NCBI GenBank assembly: GCA_963711305.1
Contig: CAVQDT010000006.1
Coordinates: forward strand, 717,917-781,916
Direction of reading: 5' to 3'
DNA length: 64,000 nt
Source: an uncultured Pseudomonadota bacterium
GTDB taxonomy: Bacteria; Myxococcota_A; Polyangia; Fen-1088
The notes beneath the pieces were generated by a model. It searched no databases, was not told where the DNA came from, and saw only the letters and a program-made list of their open reading frames with translations. A program made the position numbers and the translations under genes. Shown here one piece after another: positions 51,566 to 62,158 of this stretch (positions within the stretch are counted from its first letter, which is position 1; each line of letters begins with the position of its first letter).

Positions 51566-53266
51566 CTAACCCCGCGAGAGAACGAAATCATCGACTGAAA
51601 CCGTCTGCCCCGCGGTCGTGACGGTCACGGAACATTGGCCATTGCTGACGGAGATTCCCGGGATGGTGACCCGCGTCCATCCGGTCGCCTGGGGAATGGC
51701 CGCGGTCACGTCGGCGCCGCCGAATCCGCTGGCGCGAACTTGCGCCCCGGTCGCGCTAGCCTCGACCCACAGCGACAGCGCGTAGGTGCCGCTGGGGAGG
51801 CCGGCGACGTGCTGGCTCAAGCTCGACGTGCCGGTGAGCTGCCAGGACCAGCGACCAGCGTGCGGTGTCTGCACGTTGGTGCCATTGGTCGTGGTCCAGC
51901 CCGCCGGCTGGGTCATGACGACGCGATCGGCCTCGAACGATGGATTGAGAACGTAGTTGTTGCGCGGGTCGACGCTCCAGGCGCCGGTGGTCGTGTCGAT
52001 CGACCAGTGCGTGAGCGATTGCATGCTCGGCATGGTCCCGGCGAACGACAGCGGCATCCACTGGTTGAACCCGAGGCCGTTGCCCGCGAAGTCGCTCCAG
52101 CGATCACCGGCGAAGATGATCGTGTTCTGGGCTGTCCCCTTGACGCTGACGAAGAACCCGGTCTGCGTCACGTGGCTGAAGTCCGAGTTGGTGCCACCCA
52201 TCACGAACTCCGCCGAGTAGGGCCCGTTGATATTGGTGGCGGACACGCAATAGCTCGGGGACGCGTTCCAGCCGTGCAGGTCCGACGAGCAGAAGTAATA
52301 CACGCCGGCGTGCTTGAACATGCAGTTCCCTTCGCGCCCGACGCCGCTGTAGACCAGGACCGCGTTTCCCGCAGCGAGATAGTCCGCGGCGCGCAGCGGA
52401 GAGACGTAGCGATGCGCGCGCCCCATGCTGCTGGAGCTGATCAGGTACGCCTTGCCGTCATCGTCCTGGAACGTCGTCTGGTCGCCGGTGGCGCCGTTGA
52501 CGATGCCGGGCAGGTTCATTTGCACGTTGTTGAACGTGAACGGTCCGATGGGCGTGTCGCTGGTCGCGAAGTAGAGCCCGCCGCCCCCCTGGGCCACCAG
52601 CACGTATTTCGTCGTCGCCGCGTGATAGACGACGCCGAGGCGTCCGAACCAGCCGGCGGTGTTGCCGGGCATCACCGTGCTCTCCAGCTTCCAGTCGACC
52701 AGGTTCTTCGACGAGTAGATGGTCACGCCGGCGAACGACGTGTCGCTGTTGTCGCGCGTCGGGTTGGCTGCGTAGGTGACCGCGCCACCGTACTTGACCC
52801 CGTACCAGTAGAAGGTGTCGCCGACCTGGAGGACGCCGCCGCCCTGCGAATAGATCGGCGTGCCCGCGGTGTCGCGCCAGAACTGATCGTTGATGATGAC
52901 CGGGGCGCCGGTCGCGCCGCCCAGGCCGCCCGTGGCGCCGGCCGCTCCGCCTGCGCCCCGCCCGCCTCCCGGTCCGCCCGCGTCCGGGCGGACGGCGGAT
53001 CCCGCGGCGCCGCCGGCGCCCGCGTCGTCGGTCGCTGCGCCGCCAGCACCGGTCGTGATCCCGCCGGTCCCGCGCGCACCGCCGAGCCCGCCCCCGGGCG
53101 CGCCGCCCGTGGACTCCGCTGCTGGCGGCGACGAGCCGCAGCCCGCGACCAAACCGACAACGACAACGCCCAGGCTCGCACTCGCGCCCAGCAGGCAGAG
53201 CGCGCGCGTAGAGAAGGGGCGGCCCCGGCGGGAGGATGGCCGGGTTGGAGGGAATGAGCGATGCAC
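51566..53266 (-). CDS. GH43-family glycoside hydrolase (five-bladed propeller; arabinanase/xylosidase/galactanase type) with a C-terminal carbohydrate-binding module; start uncertain (GTG 53266 or 53350)
   Basis: Lipobox LCLLGASASLGVVVVGLVAGCGSS, then a Gly-rich linker. GH43 motifs: INDQFWRDTAGTPIYSQGGGVLQVGDTFYWYG, YSSKNLVDWK, DDDGKAYLISSS, CMFKHAGVYYFCSSD and FAGDRW. The C-terminal beta-sandwich SFEADRV...WTTTNGT...GTYALSLWV... is CBM6/35-like. Confidence 0.65.
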   Translation of the reverse strand: MHRSFPPTRPSSRRGRPFSTRALCLLGASASLGVVVVGLVAGCGSSPPAAESTGGAPGGGLGGARGTGGITTGAGGAATDDAGAGGAAGSAVRPDAGGPGGGRGAGGAAGATGGLGGATGAPVIINDQFWRDTAGTPIYSQGGGVLQVGDTFYWYGVKYGGAVTYAANPTRDNSDTSFAGVTIYSSKNLVDWKLESTVMPGNTAGWFGRLGVVYHAATTKYVLVAQGGGGLYFATSDTPIGPFTFNNVQMNLPGIVNGATGDQTTFQDDDGKAYLISSSSMGRAHRYVSPLRAADYLAAGNAVLVYSGVGREGNCMFKHAGVYYFCSSDLHGWNASPSYCVSATNINGPYSAEFVMGGTNSDFSHVTQTGFFVSVKGTAQNTIIFAGDRWSDFAGNGLGFNQWMPLSFAGTMPSMQSLTHWSIDTTTGAWSVDPRNNYVLNPSFEADRVVMTQPAGWTTTNGTNVQTPHAGRWSWQLTGTSSLSQHVAGLPSGTYALSLWVEASATGAQVRASGFGGADVTAAIPQATGWTRVTIPGISVSNGQCSVTVTTAGQTVSVDDFVLSRG

Positions 53267-53386
53267 CCTGAGGAATAGGGCCGCTCCAGCAAATTTTGGT
53301 GCGTCCGGTGCGGATTTTCGACGCGATGCTCTCGCGGTGAGGCCGGTCACTCCGTTTAACCGTCTGCCGTTGCGGTAAGGTGCCGC

Positions 53387-54708
53387 GTGGCGCGAACCAA
53401 TCTACTTAGCTTACGGGCGACGACGAACAATCTGCCGACGGTGGCGGGGCTGCTGGCGTCGAGCCTCCTCCTGGGCATGCTGGGAGGCGCTGGATGCGGC
53501 TCCCTGCGCCGGCGCTCCGATGCGCGCCCGCCCGGCGGCGGGCCGAGCCGGCCGTTCGCGGCGCACGCGACGCCGTATCACGCACCGGGCGCGATCACGC
53601 CCAACCACGTGCCGCGCGCGTCGCTCGACGCGGCCACCGCCGCCTACTATGACCAATGGAAGCGCGCGTACCTGGAGCCGGCGTGCAAGCCGGGCGAATA
53701 CCGCATCCGCAGCCTGGGCGCGACCAAGGCCTACGCCGTCTCGGAGGGTCACGGCTACGCGATGATGGCGCTCCCGCTCATGGCCGGCCACGACCCCGAG
53801 GCGCAGCACCTGTTCGACGGCTTTTACCGCTACTACCAATCGCACGGCAGCGCGCTCAACCGCGAGCTCATGGCCTGGGCGCAGAACAAGAACTGCGAGA
53901 ACGTCGGCGGCCCCAACTCGGCCACCGACGCGGATCTCGACATCGCCTACGGCCTGTTGCTCGCCGACCGGCAGTGGGGCAGCGGCGGCGACGTCGACTA
54001 CCGCGCCGCCGCCGAGGATCTGATCAAGACGATCTCGAAGGTCGAGGTCACGCCGGCGAACAACCTCCTCGTCGGCAACTGGGTCACCGACGCGCGCAAC
54101 CCGCGCTACAGCGCCGCGCGCGGCTCGGACTTCATGCCCGAGCACTTCAAGACCTTCCAGCGCGCGACCGGCGATGCGCGCTGGGACACCGTGCTGACCA
54201 AGACCTATGACCTCATCGCGCTCATCCAGAAGCGCGACTCGCCGGCGAGCGGACTGGTCCCCGACTTCATCATCGACGCGGCCGGCGACGACCCGCGCCC
54301 CGCGCCCCCGCGCTGGCTGGAAGCGCCCACCGACGGCCAGTACGCCTGGAACGCCTGCCGCGTGCCCTGGCGGGTGAGCACCGACTACCTGATCACCGGC
54401 GACGCGCGCGCGCAGGCGGCGATCCGCCGCATGAACGCCTGGCTGCGCCGCAAGACCGCCGACGACCCGGCGCGCGATCCGCGCGGTCTATGACCTCGGC
54501 GGCGAGCCGGTCAACGACTACACCAGCCTCGCCTTCAGCGCACCGTTCCTGGTCGCCGCGATGGTCGAGCCCGAGCAAGGAACCAATCAACCCTGGTTGA
54601 ACGCGCTCTGGGACCTGATCGCCGCCGCGCCGGTCAAGGAGTACTACGGCGACAGCATCAAGCTCTTCGCGATGATCGTCGCGTCCGGCAACTGGTGGTC
54701 GCCGTGAG
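53387..54708 (+). CDS. GH8-family glycoside hydrolase (endoglucanase / xylanase / exo-oligoxylanase type) lipoprotein; frameshift near 54470
   Basis: Signal MARTNLLSLRATTNNLPTVAGLLASSLLLGMLGGAGC. GH8 motifs: YAVSEGHGYAMMAL, ATDADLDIAYGLLLADRQWG, VPDFIID, AWNACRVPWR. The C-terminus continues as ...VYDLGGEPVNDYTSLAFSAPFLVAAMV...NWWSP in another frame. Confidence 0.65.
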
Positions 54709-54847
54709 AACGGCTAGCTCGCGATCTCGCCGCGCACGTCGAAGCTGACGGCGCCGGGGCGAACGACCAGGCCATCGATGATCAGGATCTCGGCGTCGGG
54801 CGCGTGGCCGAGCCAGCGCATCCGAGACCGAGAAGGCTCCGCTTCAA

Positions 54848-55188
54848 TTGAGCTGCGTCGAACGCGGCCGCCGGCCCCAGATCGCGTCCCAACCTTTTCG
54901 ATACGAATCGGTCGCCACCTGGGCCGGGCCGCTGGTCGGCGTCTCGCTCGTCTCGACCTTGGGCGCCTCGACCTGGGTGGTCACGTCGAACAGGAAAGGA
55001 ACATCGTCGCGGGGGCGCATCGAGATCACCTCGCCGCTGATCGGCTTGCCCTCCTCGAGCGGCTGGAGGATGCCAGCCTCGATAGGCCCTTCCTCCCCGC
55101 GGCGCCGCAGGATGTGCAGGCCGCGCTCGTCCTTGCCGAAGACGGCCGCGACGTCCTTGAACGGCTTCGGACTACGAGGCTTCTTCAC
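54848..55188 (-). CDS. Small hypothetical protein (114 aa), possibly PRC-barrel-like
   Basis: This is only ORF-level evidence. MKKPRSPKPFKDVAAVFGKDERGL...GKPISGEVISMRPRDDVPFLFDVTT. No recognisable catalytic motif. Confidence 0.25.
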
Positions 55189-55269
55189 TCACTCAACTAT
55201 GCCACCAATCCGGCCGACTCCAACCTGCTCACCTGGAACGCGACCGCGCCGCGTCGAGGCCGGCCGCGC

Positions 55270-56025
55270 TCAAAAACAGCAGCCGATGAAGGTCGTCGCC
55301 GACGGCTCAACCGACGTCGGCGAGCCGGTCGTGACGATGATGCTGCGGCCGATGCGCGCCGCGACCGCACCCTTGCGGCGCGCGGGCAGCGACGGCAGAG
55401 CCGTCCAGGCGTCGTGCGCGGGATCGTAGACCAGCACGTCGGAGTTGGGCGTGACCCCGGCGGTCGATCCACCGATCACCAGCAGGCGCCCATCGGACAT
55501 CGCGCTCGTCGACGCGCCGATCTCGGAGCGCGCGAGCGGAACCGGGGTGTGATCGATCCAGGTCCCGCTCGCGGGATTCCACGCGCTGTCGGCGGCGCTC
55601 CAGCGCCAGACGTCGGCCACGTCGGGCGGCCGCGGTCCGGTGCTGAAGGTGCCGCTGAATCCACCGACGATTATGATGTCGCGGCCGACGGTGGCGACAC
55701 CGATGTGCGTCTCGGCGCCGGGGAGATTGGGACCAGGACGCCAGCTGTCGGTCGCCGAGTCGTAGACGTCGATCTGCCGCGTGACCTGCAACCTCGAGTC
55801 GGTGAAGCCGCCCATCACCCAGAGCTCGCCGTCGATGACGGCGCCGTTGGCCTCGAAGCGCGCGAGCGGACACGGCGCGCCCTCGCTCCAGGCGAAGACC
55901 GCGTCGTCCCCGCCGGCGTCGGACGCGGCGTTGTCGCCACCGCCATCGCGGGCTCGGGCAACCGACCCGCACGCGATGCTGCAGATCGGCAGGATCGCGG
56001 CCGCGAACCATGCCCGTTGCGCCAT
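55270..56025 (-). CDS. Kelch-repeat beta-propeller lipoprotein
   Basis: MAQRAWFAAAILPICSIAC lipobox. Kelch-like blades: GELWVMGGF, RDIIIVGGF and GRLLVIGG, each followed by a Trp-containing strand (SWRPG, AWNP, AWTALP). Confidence 0.5.
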   Translation of the reverse strand: MAQRAWFAAAILPICSIACGSVARARDGGGDNAASDAGGDDAVFAWSEGAPCPLARFEANGAVIDGELWVMGGFTDSRLQVTRQIDVYDSATDSWRPGPNLPGAETHIGVATVGRDIIIVGGFSGTFSTGPRPPDVADVWRWSAADSAWNPASGTWIDHTPVPLARSEIGASTSAMSDGRLLVIGGSTAGVTPNSDVLVYDPAHDAWTALPSLPARRKGAVAARIGRSIIVTTGSPTSVEPSATTFIGCCF

Positions 56026-56134
56026 GACCGGGAGTGTGCACCAATCGGTACCCGTACCGCCCTTGTAGCTGCAGCGCCCCAGCAGCTCGCATTCCGCGCG
56101 CACATTCCGTGATCGATGGGGCCAGGTTGGAGCA

Positions 56135-57982
56135 TTGAAACCCATGACCAGGTCTCTATGTGTCGCGGCAGCAGCCGTTCTCTTGGCCTCGGGATGCTCA
56201 GGGGGAGGCGGAGGCGCCAATCAGGGCAGCAGTGGAGGCAAGGGCGGCAGCGAAGGACCCGGCTCGGGCGGGATCTCCGGCGGCGCCGGCGGAATGACGA
56301 CGGGCGGCGGAACCGGCGGCGGCCCGACCTCGGGGGCGGGCGGGGCCACGTCGGCCGGCGGTCAATCGGGCGCAACCGGTGGCATGTCGGGCGGCGCCGG
56401 CGCCTCGGGCACGGGCGGTCGCACGGGCGCCGGTGGAATGACCGCGGGCACGGGCGGATCGGGCGGAACCGGGCCGGCCATCGCGTTCCCGGGCGCGCAG
56501 GGCTTCGGCAAGAAGGCGATCGGCGGCCGCAACGGCGTGGTGTTTCACGTCACCAACCTCAACGACGCCGGCGCCGGCTCGTTCCGCGACGCGGTGAGCG
56601 CGTCGAACCGCATCGTCGTGTTCGACGTCGGCGGCTACATCCAGTTGGTGACCGCGGTCTCGGTCAAGAGCAACATCACGATCGCGGGCCAGACCGCGCC
56701 GGGCGGCGGAATCGGCTTCCGCGGCGGCGAGATCTCGTTCGCCAGCCAGTCGGACATCATCTGCCGCCACATCCGCATCCGCCCGGGCAGCGAGACGGCC
56801 AGCTCCACCGACGACGCGCTCAGCCTGTTCCGCGCGCACACCGTGATGATCGATCACTCGTCGTTCGAGTTCGCGCCCTGGAACAACATCGACGCGGTCA
56901 GCGACGACTGGCAGAACTTCCCGGTCACCGACGTCAGCATTCAGGACACGTTGAACGCCGATCCGACCGGGCAGCAGTTCGGCGCGCACACCGAATCGGT
57001 CCAGAGCAACATGGCCTGGTACCGCAACATCTTCGCCAACTCCCACAACCGGAATCCGCTCGCGAAGATCAACACGGTCTTCGTCAACAACGTGCTCTAC
57101 AACTACGGGGCCGGATACACCACCCACACCAGCACCAACTTCTCGCACGACATCCTCAACAACTATTTCGTCATGGGCCCGGCATCGACGGGGACCGACG
57201 ACACCTGGTTCCAGGTCGACAAGAACCAGGCCATTTACTACTCGGGCAATCTCAAGGACACCAACCTCAACGGCACGCTCGACGGCGCGACGACGACGCC
57301 GTTCTGGTATCAGGGCCCGGGAACGATCCTGACCACCCCCTGGTCGACCGAGACCACGGCGACGCCCGCGCTCGACACCGCGTCGGCGTATCGAGTTGCG
57401 CTGTCGAAGGCCGGCGCGTTCCCGCGCGATCCGATGGACGCGCTGATCCTCGGCCAGATCGCGACGCTGGGCAAAGGCACGACCGGCCAGGGCGCCGGCA
57501 CCGTCGGGCCCGACAGCGGGTTTTACACCAGCCAGGCGCAGACCGGTCTCGCCAACAACGGGTACGGAGCGATCACCGGTGGCACGCGGCTGACCGATAC
57601 CGACAATGACGGCATGCCGGATGTCTGGGAGTCGGCCAACGGCACCAACCCCAACACCAACGACGCCATGACCAAGGCGCCCGACGGCTACGCGCTCATC
57701 GAGCACTACATCAACTGGTTGGCGGAGCCGCATGCGACCAGCACCGCAGGCGCAGCGGTGAGCGTCGATCTATCCGCGTACGCGGGCGGCTTCGCCACCG
57801 TGGCGCCGACGTACACCGTGTCGGGCGCGCAGAACGGTACCGTCACGCTGGCGGCCGACCAGCACACCGCTCAGCTGACGCCGACCGCGGGCTTCCACGG
57901 CCTGGCGTCGTTCGCATTCAGCGTCGCCGGCACTGACGGCACCTCGTACAAGAGCAGCGTCGTCGTCCTGGTGACGCAGTAG
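56135..57982 (+). CDS. Pectate lyase, PL1 family (Pel/PelA-type beta-helix) lipoprotein with a C-terminal Asp-rich (calcium-binding-like) region and a beta-sandwich domain; intact
   Basis: MKPMTRSLCVAAAAVLLASGC, then a long (GG[ST]GG)n linker. PL1 core: AFPGAQGFGKKAIGGRNGVVFHVTNLNDAGAGSFRDAVSASNRIVVFDVGGYIQL, NITIAGQTAPGGGIGFRGG, HIRIRPG, DDALSL, VMIDHSSFEFAPW, ANSHNRNPL. Late in the protein DTDNDGMPDVWE. Confidence 0.7.
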   Translation: MKPMTRSLCVAAAAVLLASGCSGGGGGANQGSSGGKGGSEGPGSGGISGGAGGMTTGGGTGGGPTSGAGGATSAGGQSGATGGMSGGAGASGTGGRTGAGGMTAGTGGSGGTGPAIAFPGAQGFGKKAIGGRNGVVFHVTNLNDAGAGSFRDAVSASNRIVVFDVGGYIQLVTAVSVKSNITIAGQTAPGGGIGFRGGEISFASQSDIICRHIRIRPGSETASSTDDALSLFRAHTVMIDHSSFEFAPWNNIDAVSDDWQNFPVTDVSIQDTLNADPTGQQFGAHTESVQSNMAWYRNIFANSHNRNPLAKINTVFVNNVLYNYGAGYTTHTSTNFSHDILNNYFVMGPASTGTDDTWFQVDKNQAIYYSGNLKDTNLNGTLDGATTTPFWYQGPGTILTTPWSTETTATPALDTASAYRVALSKAGAFPRDPMDALILGQIATLGKGTTGQGAGTVGPDSGFYTSQAQTGLANNGYGAITGGTRLTDTDNDGMPDVWESANGTNPNTNDAMTKAPDGYALIEHYINWLAEPHATSTAGAAVSVDLSAYAGGFATVAPTYTVSGAQNGTVTLAADQHTAQLTPTAGFHGLASFAFSVAGTDGTSYKSSVVVLVTQ

Positions 57983-58009
57983 CCAGCGCCGTCTTCCCGT
58001 TGCGCGCGA

Positions 58010-59244
58010 TCAGGGCCATCGCCCTGCGCCGAGCGCGACCGTAAGGTCGAGCATCAGGCCAGGACGGATCCGGTCGGGCGCGACCACGGTCGTCGGCTGA
58101 CCGTCGACGGCGACGTCGTAGTGGGTGGCGATCGGCAGCAGATCGGCGTAGAGGCGCGCGCCCAGGCGAACCCGATCGCTGTCGCCGAACGCGGCCGCCA
58201 CGCCGGCGGCCCCGGTGAGCGCCAGGCTCGTCGACCAGCGCGCGGGTGTGAGCGCCGCCGAGCCGTCGCGCGTGCCCGCCTGTGGCGTGAGGTGGATCGT
58301 GTCGGCGCCGGCGCCGGCGCGCGCCTCGAGCGCGAAGCGCGAGGAACGACGATCGATCGCGAAGCGCGACGAGCGGCGAGCACCGAGCGGCCACAGGAGG
58401 GAAAGCCCCGCGCGCGTGGCAATGGTCGCGAGGCGCACGCTCGCGAGCTCGCCGCTGGCATCGGCCGGGATTTGATACTGGCCCGAGGCCCACGCCCCGA
58501 GATGCCAGCCTCCACCGGCACCGGCGGTCACCGGGGCCGTGACCACGACACCGGGTCCGCTGACCAGCGGCAGGGCGGCCGCGAATGTCTCGGCCGCGTA
58601 GAACACACCGGCGCGCGCGCCGCGGCTCCATCGCGGCGAGGGCTCCACCGCCGGGGTTGCGGCCAGGACAGCGGCGGGCGGAACGATCGCCGGCGCAGGA
58701 GCCTCCGGCTTCGGCGCCAGCAGGCGCTCGGCCTCGTCGCGCGAGATTCCGGCGCGATCGTTCTCGAGCACGGCCGCCAGCGACAGGTCGATCACCTCGG
58801 CGAGCGAGGTCAGATCGAGCTCGTCGAACTTGCCCGACAGATCGACGTCGCGGATCAGAAAACGCGCGCCGGAGCGGCCGACGAAGTAGAGATGCGCGCG
58901 CCGCGGGTTGCCGAGATCGACCCAGCAGCGCGTGGCGCCCGCGCGCGGATCGGGGTCGGGAGCCGCGTCGAGGATCTGCGGCGCGCGGAACGACTCGAGC
59001 CGCCGCCAGCGAATGGCGCCCGAGCCCCTTCTGGGACGCACCAGGGCTCGTACGCGCGCCAGATCGGCCTCGGTGCCGGCGACGGCGATCTCGATCGCGC
59101 CTTGGGCCGCCCAGACGCTTCCGGTTGCCGGCGATGGAGAGGGACCCGACGTGGCCGCCGGCGCGGCAGCCGTCGGCGCGGATGACGCCGCGAACCAGAG
59201 CTGCAAGGCGGCGGCGCCAACCGCGGCCGCGAGCGCTGTCACTG
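58010..59244 (-). CDS. Exported hypothetical protein, third gene of the ECF sigma operon; its GTG start overlaps the anti-sigma stop (GTGA); intact
   Basis: VTALAAAVGAAALQLWFAASSAPTAAAPAATSG signal-like N-terminus. 411 codons without interruption. The C-terminal half is beta-strand-like (alternating pattern) and could be a barrel. There are no family motifs. Confidence 0.4.
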
Positions 59245-60156
59245 GAGCTCGGACAGGCGGCGGCGCGCCAGCGCGCTGTAGGGGCTGTCGGGGTAACCAG
59301 CGAGCAACCGCTGCCAGGATGCGCGTTCCGCGGCGCGATCGCCAAGCCGCGCTTCCGCCTGCGCGCGCCCGTAGAGCGCTTCGGGGACCAGCGCGCCGCC
59401 CGCCGCACCGCCGAGGTAGCGATCGAACTCGGCGAGCGCCGCCGGCGCCGACGCGCCATCCAGCAGCAAGCGCCCGAGCGGAACCGAGGCGACCAGCGCC
59501 TCTGACGATGCCGGGAAGTCCTTTTGAAGGCGGCGGTAGAGCGCGATCGCCTGCGATCCGCGGCCCCCAGTCTTCGCGTCGCGCGCCTGGCGCAGCAGCT
59601 CGCCGGCGGTCGTCCGGATCACGGGCCGCTCGCGCGGGCGGACCGTCACCCGCTCGCGCACGGAGACCGCGGGCGCGGGCGTTTCGTCGGCCGCCGCGGG
59701 TGGCGGCTCCGCCCGCGGCGCCGGTGCTCGCGACGCCGGGCGATGGGTCGGCTCGACAGCCGGTGCGCGCGCAAGCAGCAGCGGCGCAGGCGAGCGGGCG
59801 GCCAGCCGAGGCCACAACCAGGCCGTGGCGCTGGCCGAGCCGGCGATCAGGATCAGCCCCGCCGCGGCCGCGGCCGCGCGCCCGTACCAACGCCGCCGGC
59901 TGGGACGCGCGAGGCGCGCACCACCACGCGCCGCACGCCGGGCGAGCGTCGCCATCTCTTCCAGCCGGATCTCGTCGCCGCGATCGACCGCGCGCATCTC
60001 GGCAAAGTCGGAGGCGACCTGATGGATCAGGCGACACGACTCGCACGACGAGAGATGGGCCATCAGCGCCGCGCGTTCGGGTGCCGACAGCGGACCGCGC
60101 TGCGCGCGCGCCACCAGATCACCGCGACAATCGCCGTCGCCCGCGCGCAGGCTCAC
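59239..60156 (-). CDS. Anti-sigma factor (zinc-binding ZAS-type N-terminus, one TM, periplasmic TPR-like C-terminus)
   Basis: HLSSCESCR is an HxxxCxxC ZAS motif near the N-terminus. TM segment AAAAAGLILIAGSASATAWLW. C-terminal ...ALYRRLQKDFPASSEAL...GYPDSPYSALARRRLSEL. The start overlaps the sigma factor stop by 4 nt. Confidence 0.65.
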   Translation of the reverse strand: MSLRAGDGDCRGDLVARAQRGPLSAPERAALMAHLSSCESCRLIHQVASDFAEMRAVDRGDEIRLEEMATLARRAARGGARLARPSRRRWYGRAAAAAAGLILIAGSASATAWLWPRLAARSPAPLLLARAPAVEPTHRPASRAPAPRAEPPPAAADETPAPAVSVRERVTVRPRERPVIRTTAGELLRQARDAKTGGRGSQAIALYRRLQKDFPASSEALVASVPLGRLLLDGASAPAALAEFDRYLGGAAGGALVPEALYGRAQAEARLGDRAAERASWQRLLAGYPDSPYSALARRRLSELQ

Positions 60157-60818
60157 GGTTTCCCCCGCAGCATCTCGGCCAGCGTGGCGTCGCCTGCCAA
60201 CCGCCGCCGCAACGCCTGCTTTCCCAGGCGCAGCCGGCTCCAGATCGTATTGGGCGAGACGGCTTCGGTCTCGGCGATCTCGTCGACGGTGTAGCCGAGG
60301 AAGAAGTGCAGCGCGAGCGCCTCGGCGATGACCTGAGGTAGCTCGTCGAGCAGGCGGCTCACCACGACCCGTCGCCGGGCGGCGAGCGCGAGATCCAGCG
60401 GCGACCGATCGGCGGCGTCGGGCAGCTCATCGATCGGCTCGTCGACCATCTCGACCAGCTGAGCGCGGTGGCGCACACGCCGGCGCGCCGCCAGCGCCGT
60501 GAGCAGGGCGACGCGCTTCGCGAAGTGCGCGACGCTGGAATCACCGCGAAACGTCGGCAATCCCTCTATGAAGCCGATCACGGCGTCCTGCATGACGTCG
60601 TGCACATCCATGCTGCGCCCGAGCACCTTGCGCACGACGATCAACATCGAGCTGCCGACGTGGATCACGAGCGATGCCGCGGCACCAGCGTCGCCGCGCG
60701 CGGCGGCCAGCGCCAGCCCGCGGAGCTCGTCCGGACGGTCTAGCGGCGCTGGCGCCGCCGAAACCGGCTCGGAATCGCGCGCAAGCGGCTTGACGACCCG
60801 TGACATCCTGGAGAGCAT
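60153..60818 (-). CDS. ECF (group IV, sigma-70 family) RNA polymerase sigma factor
   Basis: Region 2 DVMQDAVIGFIEGLPTFRGDSSVAHFAKRVA. Region 4 ALALHFFLGYTVDEIAETEAVSPNTIWSRLRLGKQALRRRL. Confidence 0.8.
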   Translation of the reverse strand: MLSRMSRVVKPLARDSEPVSAAPAPLDRPDELRGLALAAARGDAGAAASLVIHVGSSMLIVVRKVLGRSMDVHDVMQDAVIGFIEGLPTFRGDSSVAHFAKRVALLTALAARRRVRHRAQLVEMVDEPIDELPDAADRSPLDLALAARRRVVVSRLLDELPQVIAEALALHFFLGYTVDEIAETEAVSPNTIWSRLRLGKQALRRRLAGDATLAEMLRGKP

Positions 60819-60913
60819 CGTCGCTCAACCGGGATTTGCCGGTCAAGCACGCGGCGCGCGGCGGATCGCATATCATTCACGCCACGCCCCACTGGTGAGG
60901 CTGCTGCAGGACG

Positions 60914-62077
60914 ATGCGACGCAATTGGGCGATAGGCACGACGTTGTGCGCCGTCAGCGCGCTCGGTGCGGGGAACTGCGGTCCGCGCAGCCAGCTGCTG
61001 GGAACGATCGACTCGGGCGGCGACGGCGGGCTGGTCACCGCGGCGCCGTCGTATCTGGTCGGCGCCGACATCACGTTCGTCCAGGCCGACGAGGCCAGCG
61101 GCGCGACCTACAGCGACGGCGCCCCCCGCGACATCGTCCAGATCCTCAAGGACCACGGCTTCAACGCGATCCGCACGCGCACGTTCGTCGATCCGCGCGC
61201 GGCGGACGGATACGATCCGGTCAACGGCTTCGGGGATCTGGCCCACACGATCGCGTTCGGCCAGCGCGTCAAGGCAGCCGGCCTGCAGTTCCTGCTGGAT
61301 TTTCACTACAGCGACAACTGGGCCGACCCCGGCAAGCAGTGCGTGCCGATCGCCTGGCAGGGCCGGACGCTGCCGCAACTGGCTCAGGCGCTGCACGACT
61401 ACACCAAGGACGCGATCACCCAGCTGGTGGCGGCGGGCGCGCGGCCCGACATCGTCCAGCTCGGCAACGAGATCACGCCCGGCCTCTTGCTGCACCTCTG
61501 CGACGCGAACGGCATGCCGACCGGCGGCAGCCCCGTACCCGGCAGCGTGAACAACTGGGCCAACCTCGGCATGCTCTTGAAGGCGGCGAGCGCCGGCGTC
61601 CGCGAGGTCGACGCCAAGATCGTCCTGGCGATGCACCTCGACCGCGGCGGGGACAAGGCCGCCGATCGACCGGGGAGCGCGCTGCAAACCAGCATCGATT
61701 GGGTCACCAACGCGCGCAACCAGGGCGTCGCGTTCGACGTGCTCGCCGAGTCGGCATATCAGCTGTACCAGGGCGACCCCGGCAGCGACGCCAGCACCAC
61801 CGGCACCTGGACCACCACCTTTTCCGGGCTGGCGGCGCGCTTCCCCGATCTCCGGTTGCTCGCGGTCGAATACGGCCCGCTGCAACGGGACATCAACGAC
61901 ATCGTCTACGGATTGCCGGCTCACCAGGGGATGGGGGCGTTCGACTGGGAACCGACGCATGAGGGCGCGTGGAATACCGGCCACTCGCTGTTCAGCGCGG
62001 CGGGCAGCCGCTATACGTCGACGACGGATCTTTCGCTCTACGATGCAATGCGAACAGCGTACGCTGCGCGGCTTTAG
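60914..62077 (+). CDS. Arabinogalactan endo-1,4-beta-galactosidase (GH53), secreted; intact
   Basis: GADITFVQADEASGATYSDG, GFNAIRTRTFVDPRAADGYD, LLDFHYSDNWADPGKQCVP, VQLGNEITPG (acid/base Glu), LAVEYGP (nucleophile Glu), GMGAFDWEPT. Confidence 0.85.
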   Translation: MRRNWAIGTTLCAVSALGAGNCGPRSQLLGTIDSGGDGGLVTAAPSYLVGADITFVQADEASGATYSDGAPRDIVQILKDHGFNAIRTRTFVDPRAADGYDPVNGFGDLAHTIAFGQRVKAAGLQFLLDFHYSDNWADPGKQCVPIAWQGRTLPQLAQALHDYTKDAITQLVAAGARPDIVQLGNEITPGLLLHLCDANGMPTGGSPVPGSVNNWANLGMLLKAASAGVREVDAKIVLAMHLDRGGDKAADRPGSALQTSIDWVTNARNQGVAFDVLAESAYQLYQGDPGSDASTTGTWTTTFSGLAARFPDLRLLAVEYGPLQRDINDIVYGLPAHQGMGAFDWEPTHEGAWNTGHSLFSAAGSRYTSTTDLSLYDAMRTAYAARL

Positions 62078-62158
62078 CGGAGGACCGGCGCGGTGATTGG
62101 TTTTGGCGGCTCACCTCACTCTACCGGGGCGATTCTTCACCGCACGGAGCTTCAATTG

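Noticed and set aside
54393-54590. A 65-aa ORF on the minus strand inside the GH8 C-terminal region, and other ORFs under 100 aa nested in larger genes (for example 25641..25841, 41582..41779, 63687..63911)
   Set aside because: They are nested antisense or alternate-frame ORFs within well-supported genes, with no Shine-Dalgarno and no motifs.
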